Counted from the first letter of the stretch, positions 29,548 through 40,013 are shown. The stretch: 64,000 nucleotides of DNA from an uncultured cyanobacterium (GCA_963740315.1 CAVUDP010000001.1:480001-544000); one strand, 5' to 3'. The notes: a model not told the origin generated them from the sequence alone. Made by a program: numbers and translations.

Positions 29548-32157
29548 ATGTCTGACGCTCTTAATTTTCAAGGTAATGCAGATCGCCTCCCACCACAAAA
29601 TATCGAGGCGGAAGAAGCTATATTAGGCGGAATTTTACTAGATCCCGAAGCGATCGCCAGAATCAGCGACACTCTCAAACCAGAAGCTTTTTATATCGGC
29701 GCTCACAAAGATATCTATTCGGGAATGCTACAGCTTCAGACTACTGGTAAGCCTACCGATTTACTCGCGGTTATCAACTGGCTTAGCGATCGCGAACTAC
29801 TTGAGAAGGTTGGCGGTAGAAATAAATTAGCTTCGTTGATAGATAGAACTGTTTCAGCAGTTAATATCGACGCTTTAGCCGCTTTAGTGGTGGAAAAGTA
29901 TCGACGGCGACAGTTAATTAGAGCCGGTAACGAAATAGTTACATTGGGTTACGAAACCGAAACCGAGTTTCGCACTGTTATCGACAAAGCAGAGCAAAAG
30001 GTTTTCGGTATCGCTCAAGCCCGTGCAACCAGCGGTTTAACTCATGTTTCCAACACCCTGATTAATACTTTCACAGACATCGAAGAACGCCATGAAGGAG
30101 TGGCATTACCCGGTATACCCTGCGGATTTTACGATTTGGACGCAATGACTAGTGGTTTTGGACGTTCAGACTTAATCATCGTTGCCGGTCGCCCGTCAAT
30201 GGGAAAATGTTTACAAGAAGATACAGAATTATTATTGAGTGACGGTAGTATTGCCACGATAAAAGAGATATATAACCGTGGTGAGGCAGAATTGTTAACG
30301 CTCCAAGATAATTTTAAATTTCGCCTTACTAAGCCTGTATCTTTTATTGATGATGGAATAAAGCCGGTATTTGGCGTTAAAACTCGTTTGGGAAAGTATA
30401 TTGAAACAACTATTACTCATCCTTATTTAACTATTAATGGATGGCGGCAGCTTTCCGAATTGAAAGCAGGTGATAAAATTGCCGTACCTCGCAAAATCAA
30501 AGTATTTGGTACCCATAAGATTCCCGAATATGAAGTCAAATTGTTAGCCTATTTGATCGGGGATGGTTGTTTAACAGACACAGCACCAAAATTTAGCAAC
30601 ATTAATCCTTTAATTCAGCAAGACTTTAGTCAAGCAGTTACTGAATTTTCACCTCAACTCAAAGTTACCGAGAAAAAACGCTCCAAGCGATCGCCAATGC
30701 TTCATGTTGAGATGTCTAATGAAGAAGATAATCTCATGGTGTTGTGGCTGCAAGAATTAGAATTATGGGGTAAAACGAGTACGGAAAAAACACTACCTGG
30801 TTTTATCTTCCAATTAGAGCGTCAGCAAATTGCATTATTCCTAAATCGCTTATTTGCGATCGATGGTTGGGCAAGCGTACTTAAAAGCGGACAAGTACAG
30901 CTAGGTTATTACAGCGTTAGCGAAAAACTAGCACAGCAAATACAGCATTTATTACTAAGATTTGGCATTATCGCAGCTTTAAAGACGCGGTTGGTTAAGT
31001 ATAAAGATACCAAGCGTGAAGCTTGGCAACTAGATATTACCAATGCTCGTGCAATCAAAAACTTCATGTCAGAAATTAGTATTTTTGGCAAACAAGAAGT
31101 ATTAACTAAAATTGAAGCGGCATTACTTCATAAAAGATACCAAACAAATCGCGATCTCGTACCTATAGAGGTTTGGAAGCAGCTAGCAGTAGCAAAAGAA
31201 CAAGAAACTTGGACTGGTTTAGCCAAACGTGCTGGAATTAAAGGATATTCAAATATTCACGTTGGGAAACGTGCTTTATCGCGAGACAGACTGTTCTTAT
31301 TAGCAACAGCATTAGAAAATTTACGGCTTCAGCACTTAGCAACCAGCGATATTTATTGGGATGAAATTGTTTCTATCGAACCGATGGGAAACAAACAAGT
31401 TTATGATTTAACAATCCCAGATACGCATAATTTTGTTGCTAATGATATTTGCGTTCACAACACCGCCTTTTGTCTCAATCTTGCTCACAATGTCGCATCA
31501 TTATATAAACTACCAGTTGCTGTTTTTAGTTTAGAAATGTCAAAAGAGCAATTAGTACAGCGACTATTATCAAGTGAAGCGGAAATTGAAAGTACTTATT
31601 TACGAACTGGGCGCATCAGTCAAACTCAGTGGGAACCTTTAAGTCGCGCAATTAGCGTACTTTCAGAAATGCCAATTTTTATAGACGACACGCCAAATAT
31701 TACCGTCACAGAAATGCGTAGTCAGGCGCGGCGTTTGCAAGCAGAAGCCGGTACGGACATCGGTTTAATAATTATCGATTACCTGCAATTAATGGAAGGT
31801 GCTGGCGATAATCGCGTCCAAGAATTATCGAAAATTACCAGGAGTATTAAAGGATTAGCAAGAGAATTAGGCGCTCCAGTAATAGCATTATCTCAATTAA
31901 GTAGAGGCGTAGAAGCTCGGACAAATAAGCGTCCAATGCTGTCAGACTTGAGAGAAAGCGGAAGTATCGAACAAGATGCCGACTTAGTAATAATGTTATA
32001 TCGCGACGAATATTACAACACCGATAGTCCCGATCGAGGAATTGCCGAAGTAATAATTTCTAAACATAGAAACGGTCCAACAGGTGTCGTCAAACTATTA
32101 TTCGATCCTCAATTTACCAAATTTAAAAACTTAGCAAAACCGAGTCATTATTCGTAA
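29548..32157 (+). CDS. dnaB: Replicative DNA helicase DnaB containing an intein
   Basis: PPQNIEAEE, GRPSMGK/TAF split by the intein, IDYLQL, LSQLSR and RESGSIEQDAD; ATG at 29548 preferred. Confidence 0.97.
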   Translation: MSDALNFQGNADRLPPQNIEAEEAILGGILLDPEAIARISDTLKPEAFYIGAHKDIYSGMLQLQTTGKPTDLLAVINWLSDRELLEKVGGRNKLASLIDRTVSAVNIDALAALVVEKYRRRQLIRAGNEIVTLGYETETEFRTVIDKAEQKVFGIAQARATSGLTHVSNTLINTFTDIEERHEGVALPGIPCGFYDLDAMTSGFGRSDLIIVAGRPSMGKCLQEDTELLLSDGSIATIKEIYNRGEAELLTLQDNFKFRLTKPVSFIDDGIKPVFGVKTRLGKYIETTITHPYLTINGWRQLSELKAGDKIAVPRKIKVFGTHKIPEYEVKLLAYLIGDGCLTDTAPKFSNINPLIQQDFSQAVTEFSPQLKVTEKKRSKRSPMLHVEMSNEEDNLMVLWLQELELWGKTSTEKTLPGFIFQLERQQIALFLNRLFAIDGWASVLKSGQVQLGYYSVSEKLAQQIQHLLLRFGIIAALKTRLVKYKDTKREAWQLDITNARAIKNFMSEISIFGKQEVLTKIEAALLHKRYQTNRDLVPIEVWKQLAVAKEQETWTGLAKRAGIKGYSNIHVGKRALSRDRLFLLATALENLRLQHLATSDIYWDEIVSIEPMGNKQVYDLTIPDTHNFVANDICVHNTAFCLNLAHNVASLYKLPVAVFSLEMSKEQLVQRLLSSEAEIESTYLRTGRISQTQWEPLSRAISVLSEMPIFIDDTPNITVTEMRSQARRLQAEAGTDIGLIIIDYLQLMEGAGDNRVQELSKITRSIKGLARELGAPVIALSQLSRGVEARTNKRPMLSDLRESGSIEQDADLVIMLYRDEYYNTDSPDRGIAEVIISKHRNGPTGVVKLLFDPQFTKFKNLAKPSHYS
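30208..31461 (+). mobile_element. Intein (418 aa) with LAGLIDADG-type homing endonuclease, in the DnaB Walker A motif
   Basis: Starts CLQEDT, block B TITHPY, LAYLIGDG and LFAIDG motifs, ends VYDLTI...ICVHN followed by Thr. Confidence 0.93.
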
Positions 32158-32352
32158 ATAGTTAGGAGTAGGGAGTAGGGAGTTAGGAGTTAAGAGTTAA
32201 GAGTTAGGAGTTAGGAGTTAGGAGTTATTATTTTTTACTTCAACTTTCGACGTATTAAAAACCCGGTTGTTTTGAAACCGGGTTTCTTAACTAACTCAAA
32301 AGAAAGGTAAAGTTAAAAGTTAAAGTTGAATTTATAATTCCTAACTCCTAAC

Positions 32353-32476
32353 TAAGTGGGTATGCAAAACTATTTGTGTCATTGCGAGCGAAGTGAAGCA
32401 ATCCCAAACGCCTGCGATTGCTTCGTTTCACTCCGTTCCACTCGCAATGACAAATATAATTTTGTCTAGGTACTTA
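32353..32476. mobile_element. MITE-like element inside an STRR tract, carrying an internal gtcattgcgag...ctcgcaatgac palindrome
   Basis: Imperfect terminal IR taagtgggtatgcaaaa / ttttgtctaggtactta; internal IR 32378-32451; ctaactc repeats on both sides. Confidence 0.65.
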
Positions 32477-32508
32477 ACTCCTAACTCCTCACTCTTAACT
32501 CCTAACTA

Positions 32509-33033
32509 CTAATTAACTCCCAATAATTCCACATCAAAATTCAGAGTTGCGTTGGGGGGAATAACACCACCCGCACCGCGAGAACCATAACCTAACTCTG
32601 GGGGGATGATTAAATTACGACGACCACCAACTTTCATCGTGCTAAGTCCTTCATCCCAACCCTTAATTACTTGTCCTTGACCGATTTTAAACTGGAAAGG
32701 TTGACCGCGATCGCGAGAACTATCGAACTTGGTTCCATCTTCCAAAGTACCCGTATAGTGAACGGTTACAGTTTGTCCGGATTTAGGAGTTTCTCCAGTT
32801 CCTTCCTTTAAAACCTCATACTTTAATCCCGAAGGAGTAGTAACGATTCCGTCAGACATCTTATTATCGCTCGCTTTTGTAGTTGTACTATCAGCTACTG
32901 TAGTAGAAGCTGGTGATTCTTGAATAGTATTTTGTGAAGCATCACTCTGGGGTGCTTCAGTCGAAATTTGAGCGCAGCCCAAAAATACAACACAAAGCAG
33001 CACGAAACCCACACGCTTCAAAATTGCCTTCAA
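32509..33033 (-). CDS. FKBP-type peptidyl-prolyl isomerase
   Basis: [24 protein letters not shown] and [14 protein letters not shown] motifs. Confidence 0.96.
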   Translation of the reverse strand: MKAILKRVGFVLLCVVFLGCAQISTEAPQSDASQNTIQESPASTTVADSTTTKASDNKMSDGIVTTPSGLKYEVLKEGTGETPKSGQTVTVHYTGTLEDGTKFDSSRDRGQPFQFKIGQGQVIKGWDEGLSTMKVGGRRNLIIPPELGYGSRGAGGVIPPNATLNFDVELLGVN

Positions 33034-33219
33034 TTTAGGTATCCTCCCTATTGTTTTATGTTCTAAAAATAGGATTACCAGTAGAACAAAACTTAGTTTA
33101 AATCACAACAGCGATCGATGAACAATTATTAAGGTCAAAGGTCAAAGGTGGAAGTAATAAGGTTAATAATAAAAAGTTAGGAACTCTTCCCCCTCCCCTT
33201 GTCCCCTTTCCGCTAAAAC

Positions 33220-33543
33220 TCAGCGCCAAAGCTTATTTTCCAAATCGCGTACTTGACGCTCTAAACGGTCGATTCTACCGCGCAATTCGTCAACTTCCGA
33301 TTGACGCGCCACTCCCAAATCTTGCAGCATATTCTTCATTTGTCGCTGCATATTTTTGTCCCAGTTACCTTGCTCGGACTTCAATTCCTGTACCACATCA
33401 TCCATGACAGCTTTGGCTTGTTCGGGATCGAGTTTGCCGTCTTTAACTAACTGCTCGCTTGCTTCCTTGATTTTGTCTGCCACTACCGAAGTTGTACCGA
33501 TACCGAGCATTAATAATTGCTGCATCCAATTGTTGTTATCCAT
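33220..33543 (-). CDS. Phasin-like coiled-coil protein
   Basis: LGIG...LVKDGKL and VARQSEVDELRGRIDRLE motifs. Confidence 0.75.
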   Translation of the reverse strand: MDNNNWMQQLLMLGIGTTSVVADKIKEASEQLVKDGKLDPEQAKAVMDDVVQELKSEQGNWDKNMQRQMKNMLQDLGVARQSEVDELRGRIDRLERQVRDLENKLWR

Positions 33544-33675
33544 ACCACGTTCCTAATAGTTCTCCCTTCTTTATCCCGGCTCACTCTGTTGTAAACAATA
33601 AAGCTATGCTAGGAATTAAACTTTAGCAAATATGCTAATTCTATTGTGGCAAAGTAGCACGGGGAATGAAATAGG

Positions 33676-33987
33676 GTGGTAATTGAGTTACTTAAGTTTA
33701 GAATAGCGCCCAAACAGCGGGAAAAATACATCCACAGAGACGCACAAATCTGGACGGCAGCGCTGGCTAATTATCCCGGATTCATAGGTAAAGAATTGTG
33801 GATTAACCCCAATGACCCCACAGAGCTTGTTATGGTAATTCGTTGGGAAACGCGAGAACAGTGGAAATCGATTCTCCAAGAAGAAGTAGACGCGATTACA
33901 GAAAGGTTTGATAAAGATTTGGGATTTACTTATGAGATGGTAGAGTCATCCGAATATCAGGTACGGAAATTTCCCCATAGCGATTAG
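33676..33987 (+). CDS. ABM-like cyanobacterial protein (TIGR03792-like)
   Basis: VIELLKF...IWT...PGFIGKELW...IRWETREQWKSI. Confidence 0.7.
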   Translation: MVIELLKFRIAPKQREKYIHRDAQIWTAALANYPGFIGKELWINPNDPTELVMVIRWETREQWKSILQEEVDAITERFDKDLGFTYEMVESSEYQVRKFPHSD

Positions 33988-34073
33988 TTAAAGAGTTAGG
34001 AGTTAAGAGTGAGGAGTTAGGAGTTAGGAGTTATAAATATAAAACTGGTTACTGGTTAGTGATTAGTGATGAT

Positions 34074-34304
34074 ATGCCTAAAAAAATTCGAGAATTGAAA
34101 AGTTTGTTACGTAAAGCAGGATTTACTTATCAACCCGCAAAAGGTAGTCATACAAAATGGAAGCATTCTAAATTATCAAAAGCTATCATTATTCCAGGGA
34201 AGGATGGTGATGATGCGAAAACATATTTAGAAAAACAAGTTAATGAATCGCTTGAAGAATTAAATAGATTGCAAGAAGAGGAAAGAGAGGAAACAGAAGA
34301 ATGA
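34074..34304 (+). CDS. HicA toxin (copy 1, intact)
   Basis: MPKKIRELKSLLRKAGF...KGSHTKW; overlaps hicB start (ATGA). Confidence 0.88.
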   Translation: MPKKIRELKSLLRKAGFTYQPAKGSHTKWKHSKLSKAIIIPGKDGDDAKTYLEKQVNESLEELNRLQEEEREETEE

Positions 34305-34525
34305 AATACACGATAATTGTTCAATGGTCAAACGAAGACCAATGTTATGTAGTTTCACTACCTGAATTTGAAAATGTATTTCAACCTTGTACCCACGGCG
34401 ATACTTATGAAGAAGCAATAAAAAATGCTCAAGAGGTGTTAGAAATGCTCGTTGAATCTGCCTTAGAAGACGGCGAACCTTTACCAGAACCCAAAACATG
34501 GGGACAATCATTTAAAGTTGCATAG
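34301..34525 (+). CDS. HicB antitoxin (copy 1, intact)
   Basis: YVVSLPEF...THGDTYEEAIKNAQEVLE...GEPLPEP. Confidence 0.9.
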   Translation: MKYTIIVQWSNEDQCYVVSLPEFENVFQPCTHGDTYEEAIKNAQEVLEMLVESALEDGEPLPEPKTWGQSFKVA

Positions 34526-34537
34526 ATGTCTAATGTT

Positions 34538-34767
34538 ATGCCAAAAAAATTCGAGAATTAAAAAAATTATTACTGAAAGCAGGATTTACCAGTCGTTCTG
34601 GAAAAGGTAGTCATACAAATTGGTATCACCCTTTATTATCTGGGAAAGTAACTTTATCGGGTAAAGACGGTTCTGATGCCAAAGCTTATCAAGAGAAAGA
34701 TGTTAATAATGCAATTGCAAAAATAGAAGAAATAGGAAACTCTATAGAAGAAGAGGAAGAATTATGA
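34538..34767 (+). pseudogene. HicA toxin (copy 2), -1 frameshift in a poly-A run after codon 4
   Basis: ATG CCA AAA AAA TTC GAG AAT TAA; adding one A gives MPKKIRELKKLLLKAGF...KGSHTNW... Confidence 0.82.
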
Positions 34768-34986
34768 ATCAATACACAATAATTATTCAATGGTCAAAGG
34801 AAGATAATTGTTATATTGTGAGTCTTCCTGAATGGGGAGAGTTTTGTCATACCCACGGCGATACTTACGAGGAAGCAATAAAAAATGCTCAAGAAGTGTT
34901 AGAAATGCTCGTTGAATCTGCCTTAGAAGACGGCGAACGCAATACCCGAACCCAAAACATGGGGACAATCATTTAAAGTTGCATAG
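34764..34986 (+). pseudogene. HicB antitoxin (copy 2), +1 frameshift near the 3' end
   Basis: gaacgcaatacccgaa vs gaacctttaccagaa in copy 1; downstream nucleotides identical to copy 1 but out of frame (ORF stops at 34976). Confidence 0.75.
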
Positions 34987-35031
34987 AGATAAAATAGATT
35001 AATATATAGACCCTGACAACCAAATCCAACT

Positions 35032-35262
35032 ATGAATACTATTGAAATTCGCGAGCAAATTAACAAATATCTTGATGGTTTATCTTCCGAAAGCTTAGAG
35101 GTAGTTGTCAACTTTTTAGCTTATGTGAAAGGAAGAGAAAGTGAAGCGGCTACCCAAGAATTAATAGATATTCCCGGTTTTATTGAATCTTTTGAAAAAG
35201 GTAAAAAAGATATTGCTCAAGGACGTGTAAAAAACTGGAGAAATATTAGGTCTGATGTATGA
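35032..35262 (+). CDS. Putative antitoxin
   Basis: 76 aa, ATQELIDIPGF...GRVKNW; overlaps the RelE-like toxin start. Confidence 0.7.
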   Translation: MNTIEIREQINKYLDGLSSESLEVVVNFLAYVKGRESEAATQELIDIPGFIESFEKGKKDIAQGRVKNWRNIRSDV

Positions 35263-35515
35263 AGTTATGTTATCCGCTGAAGCAGAATAAATTTATGCTT
35301 CAGCAGATCAAGCACTTGCTAAAAAAGTTGCTAGATGTTTTGATAAATTAGAACAAAATCCCTATTTTCATCCTAATATTAAATCTTTAAAAGGTAATTT
35401 CGCTGGATATTCTCGCTATCGTATTGGTGACTATCGAGTAATTTACCAAATTGATGATGAAAATAAGCAAGTAATTATTATTACTATTGTTCATCGCTCG
35501 GAAGCTTATGAATAA
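35255..35515 (+). pseudogene. RelE/ParE-family toxin with an in-frame TAA at codon 12 (35288-35290)
   Basis: MYEVMLSAEAE*IYASADQ...IKSLKG...RYRIGDYRVIYQID...IVHRSEAYE. Confidence 0.85.
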
Positions 35516-35719
35516 AGATGAAATAGTTACTTAATTTTTTTTCTCACAGGTGCTAAAACAACTAAGAAATCAAATTGTTCTCGTTCGACATTAGAAGAAC
35601 TTGTAGCGCTAACACTATAATTAAGAATTTATAAATCAAATTAACAGTATTTGTAAAATAATCGTAAAGCTATTTTAAAAAAGGAACGCGATCGCAAACA
35701 ACTCCGGCGATTTTAATTG

Positions 35720-36712
35720 CTAAAGCGCGATCGTAATTCCCATACTTGCGGCTCGTCTTGCAGCATCAGCAACTTTGAGAGCATAGAAACTTTCTTCGGG
35801 AGTAACGTACAAAGGAGTTCCATCGAAAAGATAATCTAAAACCATAGCAGTATCTTTAGCGAATAAACCACGACTGCTACCAACTTCTATAGGAGTTGTT
35901 TCTTGTGCATTAATAAAAGCACCCTCCGCAGAATTGAAAATTAATCCGCCATTTTCACCATGTACTTCAAATTTTCGTTCTGCTTCCCACATCATTTCGC
36001 CTTTCGCGTATACAACTTCAGCTAAAAGTCCACTAGTAAAGTTAAGTTGAGTTGTACAAAAACAAGATTGGTAAAATTCTGCAACAGTACCCCCAAATCG
36101 ATTATGAGAATTAACCGCCATCACTTCACCAAATAAATTTGTCAAACGATGTACTCTGGAGAGCGCACCCATCAAAGGGAAACCAAAAAGTTGATGGGTG
36201 TAAGTCCACTTACGGGGCGCTGGATGTTCGGGCTTAATCGTGCTGTAGCGTACATAAAACACTTCACCCACTCGATCTAAATACTGTTTTAAAGCTTGAT
36301 GCAAACCGCCTAAAAGTTCAATATGCTCTACATGAAGTAGTTTTTTTTTCGACTTCGCCAAACCGATCAATTCGGATGCGGATGCTAAATCCAAACTCAT
36401 AGGATATTCCACAACAACGTGTTTATCAGCCTCTAATGCCGCACGCGCGATCGCACCATGTTCTGAATTAACATTGCTAATTACCACTAAATCAATATCG
36501 GATTCTATCAACACAGCAGGAGAGCTTACCGCCTTACACGAAAAATCCCTAGCAAAAGCTTCTGTTTGAGACGAATCATTTCCGACAACCGCAGCTAAAT
36601 CAGTCCTATTATCGCTTAAAAACGTTTGTGCCCTTAACTTAGCCGCATACCCAGTACCAACTAACCCTACCCGCACTTTAATAAAATCCCTGGCTTCGCC
36701 CAAACAGTCCAA
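35720..36712 (-). CDS. bvdR: Biliverdin reductase (Gfo/Idh/MocA family)
   Basis: VGLVGTGYAA, KHVVVEYP, HVEHIELLGG and WTY...FGFPL motifs. Confidence 0.82.
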   Translation of the reverse strand: MDCLGEARDFIKVRVGLVGTGYAAKLRAQTFLSDNRTDLAAVVGNDSSQTEAFARDFSCKAVSSPAVLIESDIDLVVISNVNSEHGAIARAALEADKHVVVEYPMSLDLASASELIGLAKSKKKLLHVEHIELLGGLHQALKQYLDRVGEVFYVRYSTIKPEHPAPRKWTYTHQLFGFPLMGALSRVHRLTNLFGEVMAVNSHNRFGGTVAEFYQSCFCTTQLNFTSGLLAEVVYAKGEMMWEAERKFEVHGENGGLIFNSAEGAFINAQETTPIEVGSSRGLFAKDTAMVLDYLFDGTPLYVTPEESFYALKVADAARRAASMGITIAL

Positions 36713-37196
36713 GAATTATACATTATTACCAATGGCTTAAGTAGGTTGGCTTTGAAAATTGTAATTATGAAGAGGAAGTAGCAAGTGGGGTTGGGGGCAG
36801 TAGGGGCTACATTCTGTAAAATAGTTGGCTTTATTTGTGCCGACTTACTTGTTGCAAAACTTATCATTCTTCGCAAAGTAAAACTATTCAGATATAGCAT
36901 GAACCTTCTAAATTCATTTGATAATCTATTTACAAAATCACTTTTTTTTAAATCTATATAATTTTTTCTAATAGTCTCGATAAAACCAGTCGAATTGCAT
37001 AAGTTTCACTTATGTTTAATGACAGTCCTTATTTCATTCCTAATCGAGACAAAAAACTAGTAACAAAGTCCGATTTTTCTCGTAGTATCAGAATTGAAGC
37101 AAATTTAAAAAAAACGGCTATTCCTTTAGGAGCAGCCGCATGGTTTGCTTTAGGATAACTTATACTGCCGTTTGCAAAAAAGAGAGGATTTACAAA

Positions 37197-37496
37197 ATGG
37201 CAACTTTCAAAGTGACACTCGTCAGCGAAGCCGAAGGTTTAAACCAAACTATCGACTGTGATGACGATACTTATATTTTAGACGCAGCTGAAGAAGCTGG
37301 TTTAGACTTGCCTTACTCTTGCCGTGCTGGTGCTTGCTCCACCTGCGCTGGTAAGATTACATCCGGTTCCGTTGACCAATCCGACCAATCTTTCTTAGAT
37401 GACGATCAGATGGAGGGTGGATATGTATTGACTTGCGTCGCTTACCCAACTTCTGACTGCACCATCGAAACTCACAAAGAAGAAGAACTTTACTAA
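37197..37496 (+). CDS. petF: Plant-type [2Fe-2S] ferredoxin
   Basis: [16 protein letters not shown] and [14 protein letters not shown] at 37197. Confidence 0.96.
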   Translation: MATFKVTLVSEAEGLNQTIDCDDDTYILDAAEEAGLDLPYSCRAGACSTCAGKITSGSVDQSDQSFLDDDQMEGGYVLTCVAYPTSDCTIETHKEEELY

Positions 37497-37790
37497 GAAC
37501 GGAATACAACTCAAAGCAGAAATCACTGTCTTTTAGTTGAGAAATTAATGATTTGAGTAAAAGCAGCACCGTATCGGGAATTATTTTCCCCTTGCAGTAG
37601 CTGCTTTTTTGTCAAGAAAGCCGAGGGGGGAGAGGGGGAGAGGGGGAAGAGAGCCGCCGTAGGCTCTTGATGCCGCCGTAGGCTCTTGATGCAATTAATT
37701 ATTTATTTTCTTCCTCCGCTTCCTCCGCTCCCGGAGCTCCCGGAGCAATATCATCTCCTAACTCCGTGAGCTATCCCAATACCCCATGCC

Positions 37791-39386
37791 CTATTTCCCA
37801 GCCTTCACCGCATTACTAAGCATCTGAACCTGAGTGCCGGGATAGTAGAATTTAAGGATTTCTCCATTTGTCCAACCTAGATTAGCTAGATTTCGAGCGC
37901 CAATTTGACTCAAACCCACTCCATGTCCCAATCCACCGCCAACGAAGGCATATCCCCAAATTCCGGGTTTTCCTTTGTTCAATGCTTGCAGGTAAAATAG
38001 GGTGCTTCTGGGTGCGAAGAAAGCGCTACGAACTTCGTCTTTATGTAGATAAAAAGTGCCGATATCAGTGTTTACCGCTAACTTAAGGATTCTTCCGCCT
38101 TGACTGCGTTCGACTACTTCAATATTCTTAACGGTTTTAAACTTAGCAAAGGGACTATTTTTGACTTTTAAGAATTTCTGCAATCCCTTGGTGATATTTT
38201 CTAAACTACTTTCCCTACGCCAGCGAAACCATTTTTCATCGCTTTCGTTAAATCCTTTATTCAAACTCATGAACAAACGAAAATTCTTTTCCGAAGCCAA
38301 ACTTTGTCGAGACAAATTCCAAACATCTGTCGGCGTATCTATTACAGGTTTCAAATAAGGACGATTCTCCCCATTCCACACGCTGCTAAAAGCTGCGGTT
38401 ACACCACCAGCTGTTGAAGAGTACAGAGCATCTACTAACTCGTTTTTATAAGTTAATACCATACCCTTAGTTGCTGCGATCGCCTTATCTGTTTTATCCG
38501 TCGCTCCCCTGAGTCCGTAATAAACTTGGCAGTGAGTATCGGCACATAATTCATAATTATCTACTTCAAATCTACGTAAATTTCGCAGCACGTAGGTACG
38601 AGCAATAATTGACTGTGCTTCCATCGCTGCTTCAGGAGATTGCGCACCAATTTCATAAGGCACTACTCCGCGCAAATAGGTTTCTAAGGATACATTATTA
38701 ACTAAAGAATACGTACCGTAAGCATTCGGCTGTAATTGCAGCTTTCCAGCATAAAGACGTTTAGTTTTGGATTTTCCGCTTTTACTTACTTCAATTAAGT
38801 TTTTATCGCTAGTAATTTTCAGATAGTTTCGATTGTAGCGGTATCCATTTACTACCCAACTTGCTTGAGGTACCCGACGCAAAACTTTACTATCAACATA
38901 TGCCGTTTTTTTACCAGACTCTTTCACGCTTTTCAACAACAAGCGTCGCAATAAAGGTGTATTATAGACCTCTCTTTTCGCCCACACCTGCCAACGTTCC
39001 GGTTGAGCAATTTCTACTTCTATACCCTTCTTACGCCACATATTAGCACTGTCTTCCGCAGTTTCAAAAGTGCGAAAGGTTCCTAAAACCAGCCGCTCAT
39101 CCAAAACTGGCTGTGTTAACGGTTGCATAGCCGTTTGTATCTTTACAGGTTTTGAAGTTAAAACGGTTTGCTGCCTTTTATTATCTGTAAAAGTCAACTT
39201 TAATTTATCGCCTTTCGTCGGCTCCAGTATCAATTCATCATCGGGGTTTGACGCAAAACGCTGCACGATCCCAATTTTGAGTTCAGTATCAGAAACCTTG
39301 GTTGCAGGAACCGATGCTCCTGTTAGTCCTAATAAACACGAGGCTGTCAGTACGGTACAAGATAAACGCTCTAAGGAAATTTTCAT
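37791..39386 (-). CDS. SpoIID/LytB domain protein
   Basis: LETYLRGVVPYEI, CQVYYG and GHGVGLSQ motifs. Confidence 0.9.
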   Translation of the reverse strand: MKISLERLSCTVLTASCLLGLTGASVPATKVSDTELKIGIVQRFASNPDDELILEPTKGDKLKLTFTDNKRQQTVLTSKPVKIQTAMQPLTQPVLDERLVLGTFRTFETAEDSANMWRKKGIEVEIAQPERWQVWAKREVYNTPLLRRLLLKSVKESGKKTAYVDSKVLRRVPQASWVVNGYRYNRNYLKITSDKNLIEVSKSGKSKTKRLYAGKLQLQPNAYGTYSLVNNVSLETYLRGVVPYEIGAQSPEAAMEAQSIIARTYVLRNLRRFEVDNYELCADTHCQVYYGLRGATDKTDKAIAATKGMVLTYKNELVDALYSSTAGGVTAAFSSVWNGENRPYLKPVIDTPTDVWNLSRQSLASEKNFRLFMSLNKGFNESDEKWFRWRRESSLENITKGLQKFLKVKNSPFAKFKTVKNIEVVERSQGGRILKLAVNTDIGTFYLHKDEVRSAFFAPRSTLFYLQALNKGKPGIWGYAFVGGGLGHGVGLSQIGARNLANLGWTNGEILKFYYPGTQVQMLSNAVKAGK

Positions 39387-39594
39387 AGAAATTAATAATC
39401 AAGGGTGCCGCCCGTGCTATATGGGAGTCTTCCTAAAAAAGCAGATGCAGCTTAATACTATTGTGTATAAATTGCCTAATAATACCATTAGCAATTTTTT
39501 TTTCAATCGTCTAGTTGCAACTTGAACTCATAATGAGTATGATTAAGCTATAGATATAAAACAATATTAATCATTGGAGAGGGCGATCGCGATT

Positions 39595-39855
39595 ATGAAA
39601 ATTGAAGAAATTCCCCTAAACCAAATAAAGCGACCACTTCCGCGTCAAAATGACCCGAAAAAAGTAGAAGCCTTGATGAAATCCATAGCAGAAATTGGGT
39701 TGCAAGAGCCGATAGATGTATTAGAAGTCGATGGGCAGTATTACGGGTTTTCCGGGTGTCATCGCTTCGAGGCTTGTCAGCGCTTAGGTAAATATTACAT
39801 CAAAGCTAGAGTACGTAAAGCGCCCAAAAGTGTTTTGAAAATGCATTTAGCGTAA
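39595..39855 (+). CDS. Sulfiredoxin (ParB/Srx fold)
   Basis: GLQEPIDVL...YGFSGCHRFEA signature. Confidence 0.88.
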   Translation: MKIEEIPLNQIKRPLPRQNDPKKVEALMKSIAEIGLQEPIDVLEVDGQYYGFSGCHRFEACQRLGKYYIKARVRKAPKSVLKMHLA

Positions 39856-39892
39856 TTAGTTGTTGGTTGTTATTGGTTTTACTAACTTTTAA

Positions 39893-40013
39893 CTTACATT
39901 TTGCACCAGTGTCAGAAACCCGGTTTCTGTTGGTGAAACTATCATTATTACGTTGTGCGACGATCGAGAAACCGGGTTTCTTTGGGCTTAACGAGAATGG
40001 TGCAAGATGTGAG
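39893..40013. mobile_element. MITE with 16-bp terminal inverted repeats, flanked by TTAA
   Basis: cttacattttgcacca ... tggtgcaagatgtgag; TTAA on both sides; internal agaaacccggtttct / agaaaccgggtttct IR. Confidence 0.75.

Noticed and set aside
6637..35290. Alternative genetic code as the cause of the in-frame stops
   Set aside because: Both TGA and TAA are involved, and both terminate normal genes throughout the window
37653..37692. 19-bp direct duplication gccgccgtaggctcttgat
   Set aside because: Single local duplication between convergent genes, no other copy seen and no evidence of function
11722..39386. A sporulation system from GerMN, SpoIID and SPL family names
   Set aside because: The genes are unlinked and belong to widespread envelope or repair families
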